From NCBI GenBank assembly GCA_951406725.2, contig CATOCA020000001.1:2170001-2234000 (forward strand): a stretch of 64,000 nucleotides of DNA, given 5' to 3'. The DNA is from Octopus vulgaris (Eukaryota). The notes beneath the pieces were generated by a model, which had not been told where the DNA came from, ran no database searches, and was given only the letters and a program-made list of their open reading frames with translations. Numbering within the stretch: position 1 is the stretch's first letter; each line of letters starts with the position of its first letter. Shown here in pieces: positions 1 to 14,427 of the stretch. The translations under genes and the position numbers were made by a program.

Positions 1-2210
1 AGCGGTTCGGAAAACGCGAGCGATAGAATAAGTACTGGGCTTACAAAGAATAAGTCCCGGGGTCGATGCTGGTGTGTTTACGTCCCCGTCACTTAGCGGT
101 TCGGCCAACGCGACCGATAGAATAAGTACTGGGCTTACAAAGAATAAGTCCCGGGGTCGATGCTGGTGTGTTTACGTCCCCGTCACTTAGCGGTTCGGCA
201 AAAGAGACCGATAGAATAAGTACTGGGCTTACAAAGAATAAGTCCCAGGGTCGATGCTGGTGTGTTTACGTCCCCGTCACTTAGCGGTTCGGCAAAAGAG
301 ACCGATAGAATAAGTACTGGGCTTACAAAGAATAAGTCCCAGGGTCGATGCTGGTGTGTTTACGTCCCCGTCACTTAGCGGTTCGGCAAAAGAGACCGAT
401 AGAATAAGTACTGGGCTTACAAAGAATAAGTCCCGGGGTCGATGCTGGTGTGTTTACGTCCCCGTCACTTAGCGGTTCGGCAAAAGAGACCGATAGAATA
501 AGTACTGGGCTTACAAAGAATAAGTCCCAGGGTCGATGCTGGTGTGTTTACGTCCCCGTCACTTAGCGGTTCGGCAAAAGAGACCGATAGAATAAGTACT
601 GGGCTTACAAAGAATAAGTCCCGGGGTCGATGCTGGTGTGTTTACGTCCCCGTCACTTAGCGGTTCGGCAAAAGAGACCGATAGAATAAGTACTTGGCTT
701 ACAAAGAATAAGTACCAGGGTCGATGCTGGTGTGTTTGCGTCCCCGTCACTTAGCGGTTCTGCAAAAGAAACCGATAGAATAAGTACTGGGCTTACAAAG
801 AATAAGTCCCAGGGTCGATGCTGGTGTGTTTACGTCCCCGTCACTTAGCGGTTCGGCAAAAGAGACCGATAGAATAAGTACTGGGCTTACAAAGAATAAG
901 TCCCAGGGTCGATGCTGGTGTGTTTACGTCCCCGTCACTTAGCGGTTCGGCAAATGAGACCGATAGAATAAGTACTGGGCTTACAAAGAATAAGTCCCAG
1001 GGTCGATGCTGGTGTGTTTACGTCCCCTTCACTTAGCGGTTCGGCAAAAGAGACCGATAGAATAAGTACTGGACTTACAAAGAATAAGTCCCAGGGTCGA
1101 TGCTGGTGTGTTTACGTCCCCGTCACTTAGCGGTTCGGCAAAAGAGACCGATAGAATAAGTACTGGGCTTACAAAGAATAAGTCCCAGGGTCGATGCTGG
1201 TGTGTTTACGTCCCCGTCACTTAGCGGTTCGGCAAAAGAGACCGATAGAATAAGTACTGGGCTTACAAAGAATAAGTCCCAGGGTCGATGCTGGTGTGTT
1301 TACGTCCCCGTCACTTAGCGGTTCGGCAAAAGAGACCGATAGAATAAGTACTGGGCTTACAAATAATAAGTCCCAGGGTCGATGCTGGTGTGTTTACGTC
1401 CCCGTCACTTAGCGGTTCGGCAAAAGAGACCGATAGAATAAGTACTAGGCTTACAAAGAATAAGTCCCAGGGTCGATGCTGGTGTGTTTACGTCCCCGTC
1501 ACTTAGCGGTTCGGCAAAAGAGACCGATAGAATAAGTACTGGGCTTACAAAGAATAAGTCCCAGGGTCGATGCTGGTGTGTTTACGTCCCCGTCACTTAG
1601 CGGTTCGGCAAAAGAGACCGATAGAATAAGTACTGGGCTTACAAAGAATAAGTCCCAGGGTCGATGCTGGTGTGTTTACGTCCCCGTCACTTAGCGGTTC
1701 GGCAAAAGAGACCGATAGAATAAGTACTGGGCTTACAAAGAATAAGTCCCAGGGTCGATGCTGGTGTGTTTACGTCCCCGTCACTTAGCGGTTCGGCAAA
1801 AGAGACCGATAGAATAAGTACTGGGCTTACAAAGAATAAGTCCCAGGGTCGATGCTGGTGTGTTTACGTCCCCGTCACTTAGCGGTTCGGCAAAAGAGAC
1901 CGATAGAATAAGTACTGGGCTTACAAAGAATAAGTCCCAGGGTCGATGCTGGTGTGTTTACGTCCCCGTCACTTAGCGGTTCGGCAAAAGAGACCGATAG
2001 AATAAGTACTGGGCTTACAAAGAATAAGTCCCAGGGTCGATGCTGGTGTGTTTACGTCCCCGTCACTTAGCGGTTCGGCAAAAGAGACCGATAGAATAAG
2101 TACTGGGCTTAACAAAGAATAAGTCCCGGGGTCGATTTGCTCGACTAAAAAGGCGGTGCTCCAGCATGGCCGCAGTCAAATGACTGAAACAAGTAAAAGA
2201 GTAAAAGAGT
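1..2210 (+). repeat. Tandem array of a 94-bp unit (~22 copies visible, open at the window start) derived from the 3' half of a SINE, ending in a normal SINE tail
   Basis: Unit GATGCTGGTGTGTTTACGTCCCCGTCACTTAGCGGTTCGGCAAAAGAGACCGATAGAATAAGTACTGGGCTTACAAAGAATAAGTCCCAGGGTC recurs with period 94 (GGTCGAT at 61, 155, ...). The last copy continues into GATTTGCTCGACTAAAAAGGCGGTGCTCCAGCATGGCCGCAGTCAAATGACTGAAAC...GAGTAAAAGAGT, as in dispersed copies at 2340-2472 and 54490-54690 (minus). Confidence 0.95.
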
Positions 2211-2223
2211 ATATATATATATA

Positions 2224-2472
2224 AAGCCTTGTGAGTGGATTTGGTAGACGGAAACTGAAGGAAGCCTGTCGTATATATGTATATATATATATAAGTGTGT
2301 GTGTCTGTGTTTGTGTGTCTGTGTTTGTCCGCCCGCTCGCGTTACTTAGCGGTTCGGCAAAGAGAGACCGATAGAATAAGTACTGGGCTTACAAAGAATA
2401 AGTCCCGGGGTCGATTTGCTCGGCTAAAGGCAGGCGGTGCTCCAGCATGGCCGCAGTGAAATGACTGAAACG
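2224..2472 (+). mobile_element. 5'-truncated SINE of the same family as the 94-bp array
   Basis: AAAGCCTTGTGAGTGGATTTGGTAGACGGAAACTGAAG, a TA/TG tract, then the 3' module ending GGCGGTGCTCCAGCATGGCCGCAGTGAAATGACTGAAAC. Confidence 0.85.
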
Positions 2473-2718
2473 AATTTTTTTTTCATTAAAAAAATGGAAT
2501 TGAAACAGTTTTACGTTTTTTATTGCTTTTTTATTTATTTATTTTTTTATTTTTCGTTTTTTTGTTTTTTTTTTGCAGTCGACTGCTCTCGATAAAGGGT
2601 CCAAGTACTTCCGGGGCCGCGGAGCCTTTACTGTGCACCCGAAACAGGACGAAGTCTTTTAAGCTCCACCAATGTTCCTTCCACATCTACTTTTATTGAA
2701 TTTTCATTGAAACACAAC

Positions 2719-2752
<34 letters not shown>

Positions 2753-2825
2753 ACAACAAGCACAAAGCTATTTGAATTCTCGGCGACTCCAGCAATAGCA
2801 AGAACACTAAAAAAAAAAACTGCAG

Positions 2826-4920
<2,095 letters not shown>

Positions 4921-5089
4921 AAATCAGCAGCAATTGCTATAACAACAACAACAACAAATGCAAGAACAAGAATTAAGACGATGACAACAGCTTCAACAAT
5001 AATAATTAAAATATTCATCACGGAAAGTGACAACGGAAGATAGGACGAAAAAACATTGATTTTCCTTCCTTCTTTTACATATATTTTTT

Positions 5090-5760
5090 ACTACCCAGCG
5101 TCCAATTACTCCCTCCACAACACTAATCTCAAAAAGTCTTCTTGTGAACGTGACCTGGGTATTATTGTCGACAGAGATTCGTGTTGGACAAAACACATTG
5201 CTAAAATTGCCAAGAAGGCTGAGGGTGTCTTGGCATCACTCACCAAGTCCTTTGTGAGCCGCTCTCCGACTATCTATCTGCGGCTTTATATAGCTATGGT
5301 AAGATCTCACCTGGAATTTGCATCACCGGTCTGGAACCCCTTTCTTGCCCAGGATATCAATCGTCTGGAAGCCGTTCAGCGATGTGCAACCAAAAGAATA
5401 ACCTCCATCAGGAATTTGCCATATTCTGAACGCCTTACTTCCCTGGGCATGGATACATTGAAACTCCGACGTCTGGCAGCTGACTTGGCAGACACCCATA
5501 AAATTATTAACCATCTTACAAACAATAACTCTGAGCACCTTTTCAAACTCCACCCATCTAACACCCGTGGTCATATTTAGAAAGTCAGAAAACAGCACAG
5601 CTCCCATGACTTCAGGAAACATTTTTTCACGCTGAGAGTTGCTGAAGCATGGAACAAACTGCCGGCATCAGTTGTTAGTTATCGGAGCACTGCATCCTTC
5701 AAAACTTCCATGCTTCCTGAGATTCGCCAACACTACACCTGATTTTGTCCCATCCATACA
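5090..5760 (+). mobile_element. 3' fragment of a CR1/L2-type LINE ORF2 (C-terminal region after the RT)
   Basis: ORF 5056-5580 has ERDLGIIVD, YIAMVRSHLEFASPVWNP, LEAVQRCATKRI, YSERLTSLGMDTLKLRR and SNTRGH, the typical CR1-clade C-terminus; premature stop at 5578-5580. Confidence 0.88.
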
Positions 5761-6118
5761 CACGCTGAAGCATGGAACAAACTGCCGGCATCAGTTGTTA
5801 GTTATCGGAGCACTGCATCCTTCAAAACTTCCATGCTTCCTGAGATTCGCCAACACTACACCTGATTTTCTCCCATCCATACACACACAAGCATGGTACA
5901 AACTGCCGGCATCAGTTGTTAGTTGTCGGAGCACTGCATCCTTCAAAACTTCCATGCTTCCTGAGATTCGCCAACACTACACCTGATCTTCTCCCCTCCA
6001 TACACACACAAGCATGGAACAAACTGCCGGCATCAGTTGTTAGTTGTCGGAGCACTGCATCCTTCAAAACTTCCATGCTTCCTGAGATTCGCCAACACTA
6101 CACCTGATTTTCTCCATA
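5640..6118 (+). repeat. Four tandem ~122-bp copies of the LINE terminal segment
   Basis: AAGCATGGAACAAACTGCCGGCATCAGTTGTTAGTT...CGCCAACACTACACCTGAT at ~5645, 5768, 5889 and 6010. Confidence 0.92.
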
Positions 6119-6119
6119 C

Positions 6120-6505
6120 CCCCTAGACGACGCCGTGGTGATCTCATTCTTGCTCACAACATCATAAGCGGAAAGTGTAACCTCTCGAAAGAGCTGTTCT
6201 TCACTCCTGCTCCAGAGCGTAGGTTGCGGGGTCACTCCGAAAAGCTCTATCTGCGACGATCTCATCTCAGTCGAAGGAGAGGGTCTTTCTCCGTCCGGGT
6301 TGCGGATCCGTGGAACAAGCTTCCGGACGAGATGGTGAAGATGCTGACGACCGCTCGGTTCAAAGTCTCCCTTGACCAGAAATGGCCTGAACTCTTTACA
6401 TGAACACCACCCTGTACATAACTCCATGTCCCCCCTACATGGCCTTGCTTTTTGCTTTTTGAGCCAAAAATGAACTAACTAACTAACTAACTAATTATCT
6501 AACTA
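6120..6505 (+). mobile_element. 3' end of a second CR1-type LINE family with an (AACT)n tail
   Basis: Plus-strand translation RRRRGDLILAHNIISGKCNLSKELFF...RLRGHSEKLYLRR...FSVRVADPWNKLP...FKVSLDQKW, then AACTAACTAACT at ~6473-6495. Confidence 0.85.
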
Positions 6506-6752
6506 ATTACTACTACTACTAGTTACAGCAACATGAGAATCCCTAGGAACAACTACCACCAAGACAATACCACTGATAGTACCAGTACTGCAACCAATAC
6601 AACAAACACTAACAAGATTCCCGGATTTACTGATTTGTTTTATTGTTAATTAAAATGAATTTTTTTCTAATTCAATAAAACAATTTTTTTACTAGAAAAT
6701 GTTTTTTCTTGTTTTTTTTTTTTTACTTATTTCTGTGTAGCAATAAAGTACA

Positions 6753-6949
6753 TTACGGAGATGTACTTGCATAGCAAGTGACCTGATCTGAGATCGTGTG
6801 CTGGAACGAAAATAATTGCAGCGTGGAAGGTGTTTATAAGCGATTTAAGAAACACACAAAAACCGTTAGATTCACTTCAACATTTAAATTGAATTTGTTA
6901 AAATATTTTCGTCGCTTTCCGACCGCGACCTGTTCACTGACAAAGCTTA

Positions 6950-7013
<64 letters not shown>

Positions 7014-7179
7014 ACGGAGATGTACTTGCATAGCAAGTGACCTGATCTGATATCGTGTGCTGGAACGAAAACAATTTCAGCATGGAAGGTGTTTATAAGC
7101 CATTTAAGAAACACACAAAAACCGTTAGATGTCCAAATATTTTCGTCGCTTTGAGACGGTGACCTGTTCACTGACAAAG

Positions 7180-7216
<37 letters not shown>

Positions 7217-7223
7217 AAGCTTA

Positions 7224-7273
<50 letters not shown>

Positions 7274-7441
7274 CGGAGATGTACTTGCATAGCAAGTGAC
7301 CTGATCTGATATCGTGTGCTGGAACGAAAACAATTTCAGCATGGAAGGTGTTTATAAGCCATTTAAGAAACACACAAAAACCGTTAGATGTCCAAATATT
7401 TTCGTCGCTTTGAGACGGTGACCTGTTCACTGACAAAGCTT
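6753..7441 (+). repeat. Three TA-separated direct copies of a ~170-195-bp interspersed repeat
   Basis: TTACGGAGATGTACTTGCATAGCAAGTGACCTGATCTGA...CCTGTTCACTGACAAAG at ~6753, 7011 and 7271. Confidence 0.9.
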
Positions 7442-7563
7442 CATATATATATATATATATATATAACGGGAAGCTTTATGAAAATAGACAAAAGACGAAG
7501 GCAGGTGGAAAACAAACAAACAATTGTATTAGTATGGCGCTCAGGAAATATAAATAAAACAAG

Positions 7564-7601
7564 TCTTTAACGTTTCGAGCCTACGCTCTTCAACAGAAAG
7601 A
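7564..7601 (-). ncRNA. Minimal type I hammerhead-like motif (variant core) in a probable PLE terminal-repeat remnant (~7464-8080)
   Basis: Minus strand TCTTT-CTGTTGA-A-GAGC-GTAG-GCTC-GAAA-CG-TT-AAAGA: helix I TCTTT/AAAGA, helix II GAGC/GCTC, palindromic AACGTT helix III region. The core is CUGUUGA rather than CUGANGA. Confidence 0.55.
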
Positions 7602-8772
7602 TACACAGAGAGAAAAAAACACAGAAAGAAGGAGAGAAAAAAATGCGTGCAGTAACTAACGAATCAACATGGCGATCTGATTTCGGCCAGAGGTCAAAGA
7701 TCAAACATGAGACGCGAGAGCGAAATAAGGGGAGATAATAGGGTTGATAATAGGGTTGAATGACCAGCTATTAGTGCGTAGGAGGGGTCTGGACGTGTGT
7801 ATGTATAGGGTTGGTGTATGTATTAGTATGTATTAGTATGTATAAGGGTGTGTGTGTGTGTGTGTGTGTATGAGAGAGTATTAGTGCGTATGAGAGGTCT
7901 GGACGTGCGTATCTATGGGGTTGGTGTATGTATTAGTATGTATTAGTATGTATTAGTACGTATTAGTATGTATAAGTGTGTGTGTGTGTGTGTGTGTGTA
8001 TGAGAGAGTATAAGTGCGTATGAGAGGTCTGGACGTGTGTATGTATAGGGTTGGTGTATGTATTAGTATGTATTAGTCGTTCAAAGTTCATTATCGTCTA
8101 CATCAGAGTCCTTCTTTTTCTCTCTTCTTTTCTCTTTCTTTTCTTTTACATCGTAACACGTATCAATACAATTAAATACCCTAATTCCTAATTGAATCGC
8201 CAGCGTCCCATTATTGCACCTCCATCTCTCCGTACCGCTAAATCCAGCCTGCCAAACTCCTGCATCCCATCGCTCGCCCCCAAGATTCTCTGACGACCGA
8301 CTCCCACTGCCCAAAACCTCACTTCCTTGTCCTGACTTCCACTCCCTCATCTCCCTCTGTCTCTACCGCTTATAGCCTTTCTATCTGCTCTCTGATTCCT
8401 TACTCTATCTCTATCGCCTGCTGCCTATCACACTCTCATGACAGCTCTACCATACTCTCTGCCTGTCCTTCTCTGCCCCCTCATCCTCTCTCACTGCTAA
8501 TTCTTCCTCACATCTGTCACTTAGCCTTATACTCTATCTCTCTCACTACTTTTCTTCTCTCTGCCCCTCATCCTCTCTTACTGCCAATACCCTCTCTATC
8601 TGCTATAAGATTCCTTACTCTATCTCTATCGCCTGCTGCCTATCACCCTCTCATGACAGCTCTACCATACTCTCTGCCTGTTCTTCTCTTCAAGGGGTGT
8701 TTAGAACGACCTCTAATTCACCCGAAAGTGGTCGCAGAACCGATCAATCCACCTGAATCTGACAGGACAATG

Positions 8773-9331
8773 TAGGTCGCCGTTTGAAAGCGACGAAAAG
8801 ATTTGAACAAATTCAATTGAAATGTTGAAGTGAATCTAACGGTTTTTGTGTGTTTCTTAAATCGCTTATAAACACCTTCCACGCTGCAATTGTTTTCGTT
8901 CCAGCACACGATCTCAGATCAAGTCACTTGCTATGCAAGTACATCTCCGTAATATATATATATGTATATATATATACATATGAAGCTTTGTCAGTGAACA
9001 GGTCACGGTCGGAAAGTGAGGAAAAGATTTGAACAAATTCAATTGAAATGTTGAAGTGAATCTAACGGTTTTTGTGTGTTTCTTAAATCGCTTATAAACA
9101 CCTTCCACGCTGCAATTATTTTCGTTCCAGCACACGATCTCAGATCAAGTCACTTGCTATGCAAGTACATCTCCGTAATATATATATATGTATATATATA
9201 TATATACATATGAATATGAAGCTTTGTCAGTGAACAGGTCACGGTCGGAAAGTGACGAAAAGATTTCAACAAATTAAAATGAAATGTTGAAGTGAATCTA
9301 ACGGTTTTTGTGGTTTTTTTAAATCGCTTAT
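8773..9331 (-). repeat. Three inverted copies (one partial) of the same repeat as 6753-7441
   Basis: GTGAATCTAACGGTTTTTGTGTGTTTCTTAAATCGCTTATAAACACC...GCAAGTACATCTCCGTAA at ~8773-8952 and 8982-9178; partial copy 9218-9331. Confidence 0.88.
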
Positions 9332-9416
9332 AAAATATAGTACATATGTTGTGTAATGTCTGTAGTACATAGTTTATGATGTATTTAGTATTTCCAAACA
9401 AGAATATTATTGACAG

Positions 9417-9460
<44 letters not shown>

Positions 9461-9464
<4 letters not shown>

Positions 9465-9632
9465 GTTTGTATGTCTGTTTATCCCCCGACACCGCTTGAC
9501 AACCGGTGCTGGTGTGTTCATGTCCCCGTAACTTAGCGTTTCGTCAAAAGAGAAAATAGATTAAATACTAGGCCTACAAAAAATAAGTATTGGGTTCGAA
9601 TTTCGCGAATAAAGGCGCTGCTGCGGCATGGA

Positions 9633-9729
<97 letters not shown>

Positions 9730-9920
9730 TAATGTCTGTTTATTTCTCGAACATCGTTGGACAACGGGTGCTGGTGTGTACAATTCCCCGAACTTAGCGG
9801 TTCGGGAAAAGGGACCGATAGTTTAAATACTAGGCCTACAAAGTATAAGTCCTGGGGTCGATTTGCACGAATAAAGGCATTGCTCCACCATGGCCGCAGT
9901 CAAATAATTGAAAAATTAAG
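9461..9920 (+). mobile_element. Two diverged SINE 3' halves in tandem (mirror copy ~43730-44166)
   Basis: CGCTTGACAACCGGTGCTGGTGTGTT...TACTAGGCCTACAAA...CATGG occurs twice, separated by TA/TG tracts. Confidence 0.8.
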
Positions 9921-10308
9921 TGTGTAAAATAGAAAATAACCAGAAAAGTTTATATTCTTTTAACTACACCAGTAAGGGAGATAACTGAAAATCAACTTTT
10001 AGAGTTACTTCCCTTGACATATTGATAAAAGGCATGACAGTTTAAGATGTAGGCGCGTTTGTTTTTGATGCGAAGGGCACACTTGCATTCGCGCAGGAAG
10101 ATACAAACATACGCATGCAAATTTTCTGCTGTTCACTTTAACAAATAAACATTATAATTTACATTTAATTACACCCGAAAACTATGTAAAGTACTCACCA
10201 TATCTAGTACTACCCTTTGGACATGATCAGGTTTTTATTTTGTTTTAGATAGTATATATGCGTATGTGGGTATATACACGTGTATATGTATGAATGCATG
10301 TATTTCTG

Positions 10309-10347
<39 letters not shown>

Positions 10348-10402
10348 TTATATATATATTCATAAATTTATAATTTTATATATATATATGTAGGTATATA
10401 CC

Positions 10403-10449
<47 letters not shown>

Positions 10450-10451
<2 letters not shown>

Positions 10452-13441
10452 TCAAAAATGGAAGATAAAATTCCTGGAGGACTGGATCGATGCCCATCCA
10501 AACCACATCCCTTTCTTCGTCCTCACTGAAACCCATCTTAGTGACCTCCACTTGGAAGCCGAGGTGAAAGTTAAAAATTTCAAAGCCATTCGTGCTGATC
10601 GTGCTGGCAGAAGAAAGGGTGGGACTGCCATTTATGTTCATGATTCATTCTCAACAGAAGCTATGAACATATTTTCCAATGGATACTGCGAAGCAGTCGC
10701 TATATTCAGTCAAACCAACAACTTAACAGTAGTTGGGCTCTACAGACCACCCCAAACGCCCCTACCATGCTTCAAGGAATGCCTCAACAACATAAAGTGT
10801 TTCATTCAGCAGTGTCAACCTGACAACATTTTAATGACGGGAGACTTCAACCTTCCCGGGGTTGACTGGTCTACAAACAGTCTGCCGCCAGGTTCTTCTC
10901 TCTCAACCCCTGACAGGGAGGCAGTGGAATCGCTTCTTGACTTCATGGATGATTTCTTCCTGTCCCAACTGGTGCTCGAACCAACGAGATGTCACAAAAA
11001 CGTCTTAGACTTAATTTTCAGCAATCACACTGATACTATCCACAATATTGCAGTGGAGAAATCTTTACTCTCCGACCATGACATGGTTCTCTGTGATCTG
11101 AGATTTCACCGGCCAAAATGCAAAACAAATGTCATCCCTCCTGTTCATCCATTTGACACTATGGATTTCCACAATGCAAACTGGGAAGCGATCAATAATG
11201 ATCTTGCACAAGTCGATTGGTCCTTCACGCACACATACACACCCACTAACATCAAAAAGTCCTGGCAGTCATTTGTAGACACCATTACGAACATATGTGC
11301 AAACCACACCCCATTAAGATCTGCAAACAAATCTAAGTGTCGAATCCCTAGAAATAGAAAATCTCTCATCAGGAAAATTAAAAGAATTAACAAAAAAAAT
11401 CAACGAGCTGAAATACTGTCAACAGCAACACACCAACCTGACTGCCATCTCGTCGCTAGAGATTAAAAAACATAAACTCCAAAACAACATTATGTCTATC
11501 ATCAATAGTCAGCGAAGAGCTGAAGAGGCCTGGGCCATTGAGAAGATCAAACTCAATCCCAAAGTATTCTTTTCATTTGCAAAAATACACAGAGTCACTG
11601 GTTCTACTGTTGGCCCTCTGATTGATGAAAATGGTACTCTTCAAGACAATGCCAAAACCATGGGAGAGATATTGCAGAAACAATATTGCTCTGTTTTCAG
11701 CAATCCTGATATGACTGATCTGGTCTGTATCAGTGATGTTACTCCCCAATACACTTTATCGGACATAACCTTTGGTGCTACTGATGTCTTAGCAGCAATA
11801 AAGGAAATGAAGCATAAATCAGCAGTAGGTCCCGATAGGTTCCCTGCTTGTGTCTTGAAGATGTGTCAACACCAACTTGCACCCACTCGAGCCAATCTGT
11901 GGCGGAACTCACTGGATGCTGGATATATACCAGAAGACCTATCCCAGTTTGTATTCCCAGTTTTCAAAAAAGGAAACAAATCGCTTGCCGTGAATTACCG
12001 TCCAATCTCACTCACCTCTCATATCATTATGGTATTTGAGAGAGTGCTGAGATCGCGTATGACTCACTTCCTTGAGAGTCATGATATGCTGAACTCCAAC
12101 CAGCATGGATTCCGTAATGGAAGGGATTGCCTGACGCAGCTACTGCATCATTTTGATGACGTTTTGAGAGCCTTGGGAGAGGGTTCCAACACTGATGTCA
12201 TCTACCTTGATTTCAGCAAGGCCTTTGACAGGGTTGATCATAAGATCCTTTTGAGAAAGCTGTCCAATATTGGTGTCACTGGAAAGCTGCTGCAGTGGAT
12301 CAAGTGCTTCCTGTCTAACAGAACCCAACATGTTGTAGTCGAAGGAGTCAAATCCAGCCCAGCCAAAGTCAGCAGTGGTGTCCCACAAGGCACTGTGTTG
12401 GGCCCACTTCTCTTCATCATCTACATTAATGATATTACTGACACCATCAAACACAGTAACATCAGAACTTTCGCTGATGATTCCAAGCTCCAGAAGGTCA
12501 TCAATGGCGTGGATGACCGAATAAGCCTTCAGTCAGACCTACTGGCTGTTGTCCAATGGGCGGAAAAGAACAACATATTGCTAAACGATAGACAAATTCG
12601 AACTGATCCACTTTGGAAGGGAGGACGCTCTGAAACTCCCATACTCCCTTCCTTCTGGAGAAATTATCATGGCGTCTAACAACATCAGAGACTTGGGAGT
12701 AACAGTGGACAACAACATAAGCTGGGCTACACATATAAGCAGCAAATTTGACATGGCCCGCAGAATGTGTTCCTGGATTCTCAGAACCTTCCAGTCGAGA
12801 GATTCCCACACCATTATCCTTCTCTTCTCACTTTTGCCCGACCCCACCTTGAATACTGTTGTCCACTGTGGTCTCCCTACACGAAACAAAATATTATGAG
12901 AATTGAAGCTCCCCAAAGGTCAATCACAAAAAAGATAGATGGCATGTCAGACCTTGACTACTGGGGTAGACTAGAGAAGCTGAAACTGTATTCACTCCAA
13001 CAACACCGTGAACGCTACATTATCTGTATGATGTGGAAAATATTCCATCAGCACTGTCCGAATGATGTTGGCATCACCTTCAAAATACATCCAAGGCTTG
13101 GACAACGTGCCATCCGTCCACAACAAAAATCTAAATCGCATCACATAACAACAATACGGCACAATTATTTCACCTCAATTGGACCCGCTCTCTTCAACAT
13201 TACACCAGGACACGTCAAAAAAGAAACTGACCACACAAAATTCAAGAAGTCTTTGGACAAATTCCTTCAAACAGTCCCGGACAAACCAGCCACACCCGGA
13301 TATGTCTCCGCAAACAATAACTCTCTGCTCGAATGGGCCTTGGTGCCCAAATCCTGAATTGAAAGACTTCGCAGGTGGTGCTATTAAGTTAGACATGGCC
13401 TGGGCCAATACTGGCCAAAACCTTTCAAAGTTATTCTAAGT
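10450..13441 (+). mobile_element. CR1-clade LINE family A, near-complete ORF2 (APE endonuclease + RT), frameshifted
   Basis: APE motifs LTETHL, RADR...KGGTAIYV, GLYRPP, GDFNLP, VLDLIF, SDHDMV. RT motifs [48 protein letters not shown]. Frameshifts near 11400, 12588 and 12830. Confidence 0.95.

Positions 13442-14427
<986 letters not shown>

Noticed and set aside
1-2135. Regular repeat array resembling CRISPR
   Set aside because: Units are contiguous and near-identical with no unique spacers and no cas genes, and the unit is part of a SINE.
6895-6948. Hammerhead-like reading on the minus strand of the ~190-bp repeat (CAGTGAACAGG...GGAAAGCGAC)
   Set aside because: No CUGANGA-like core with consistent helices could be built.
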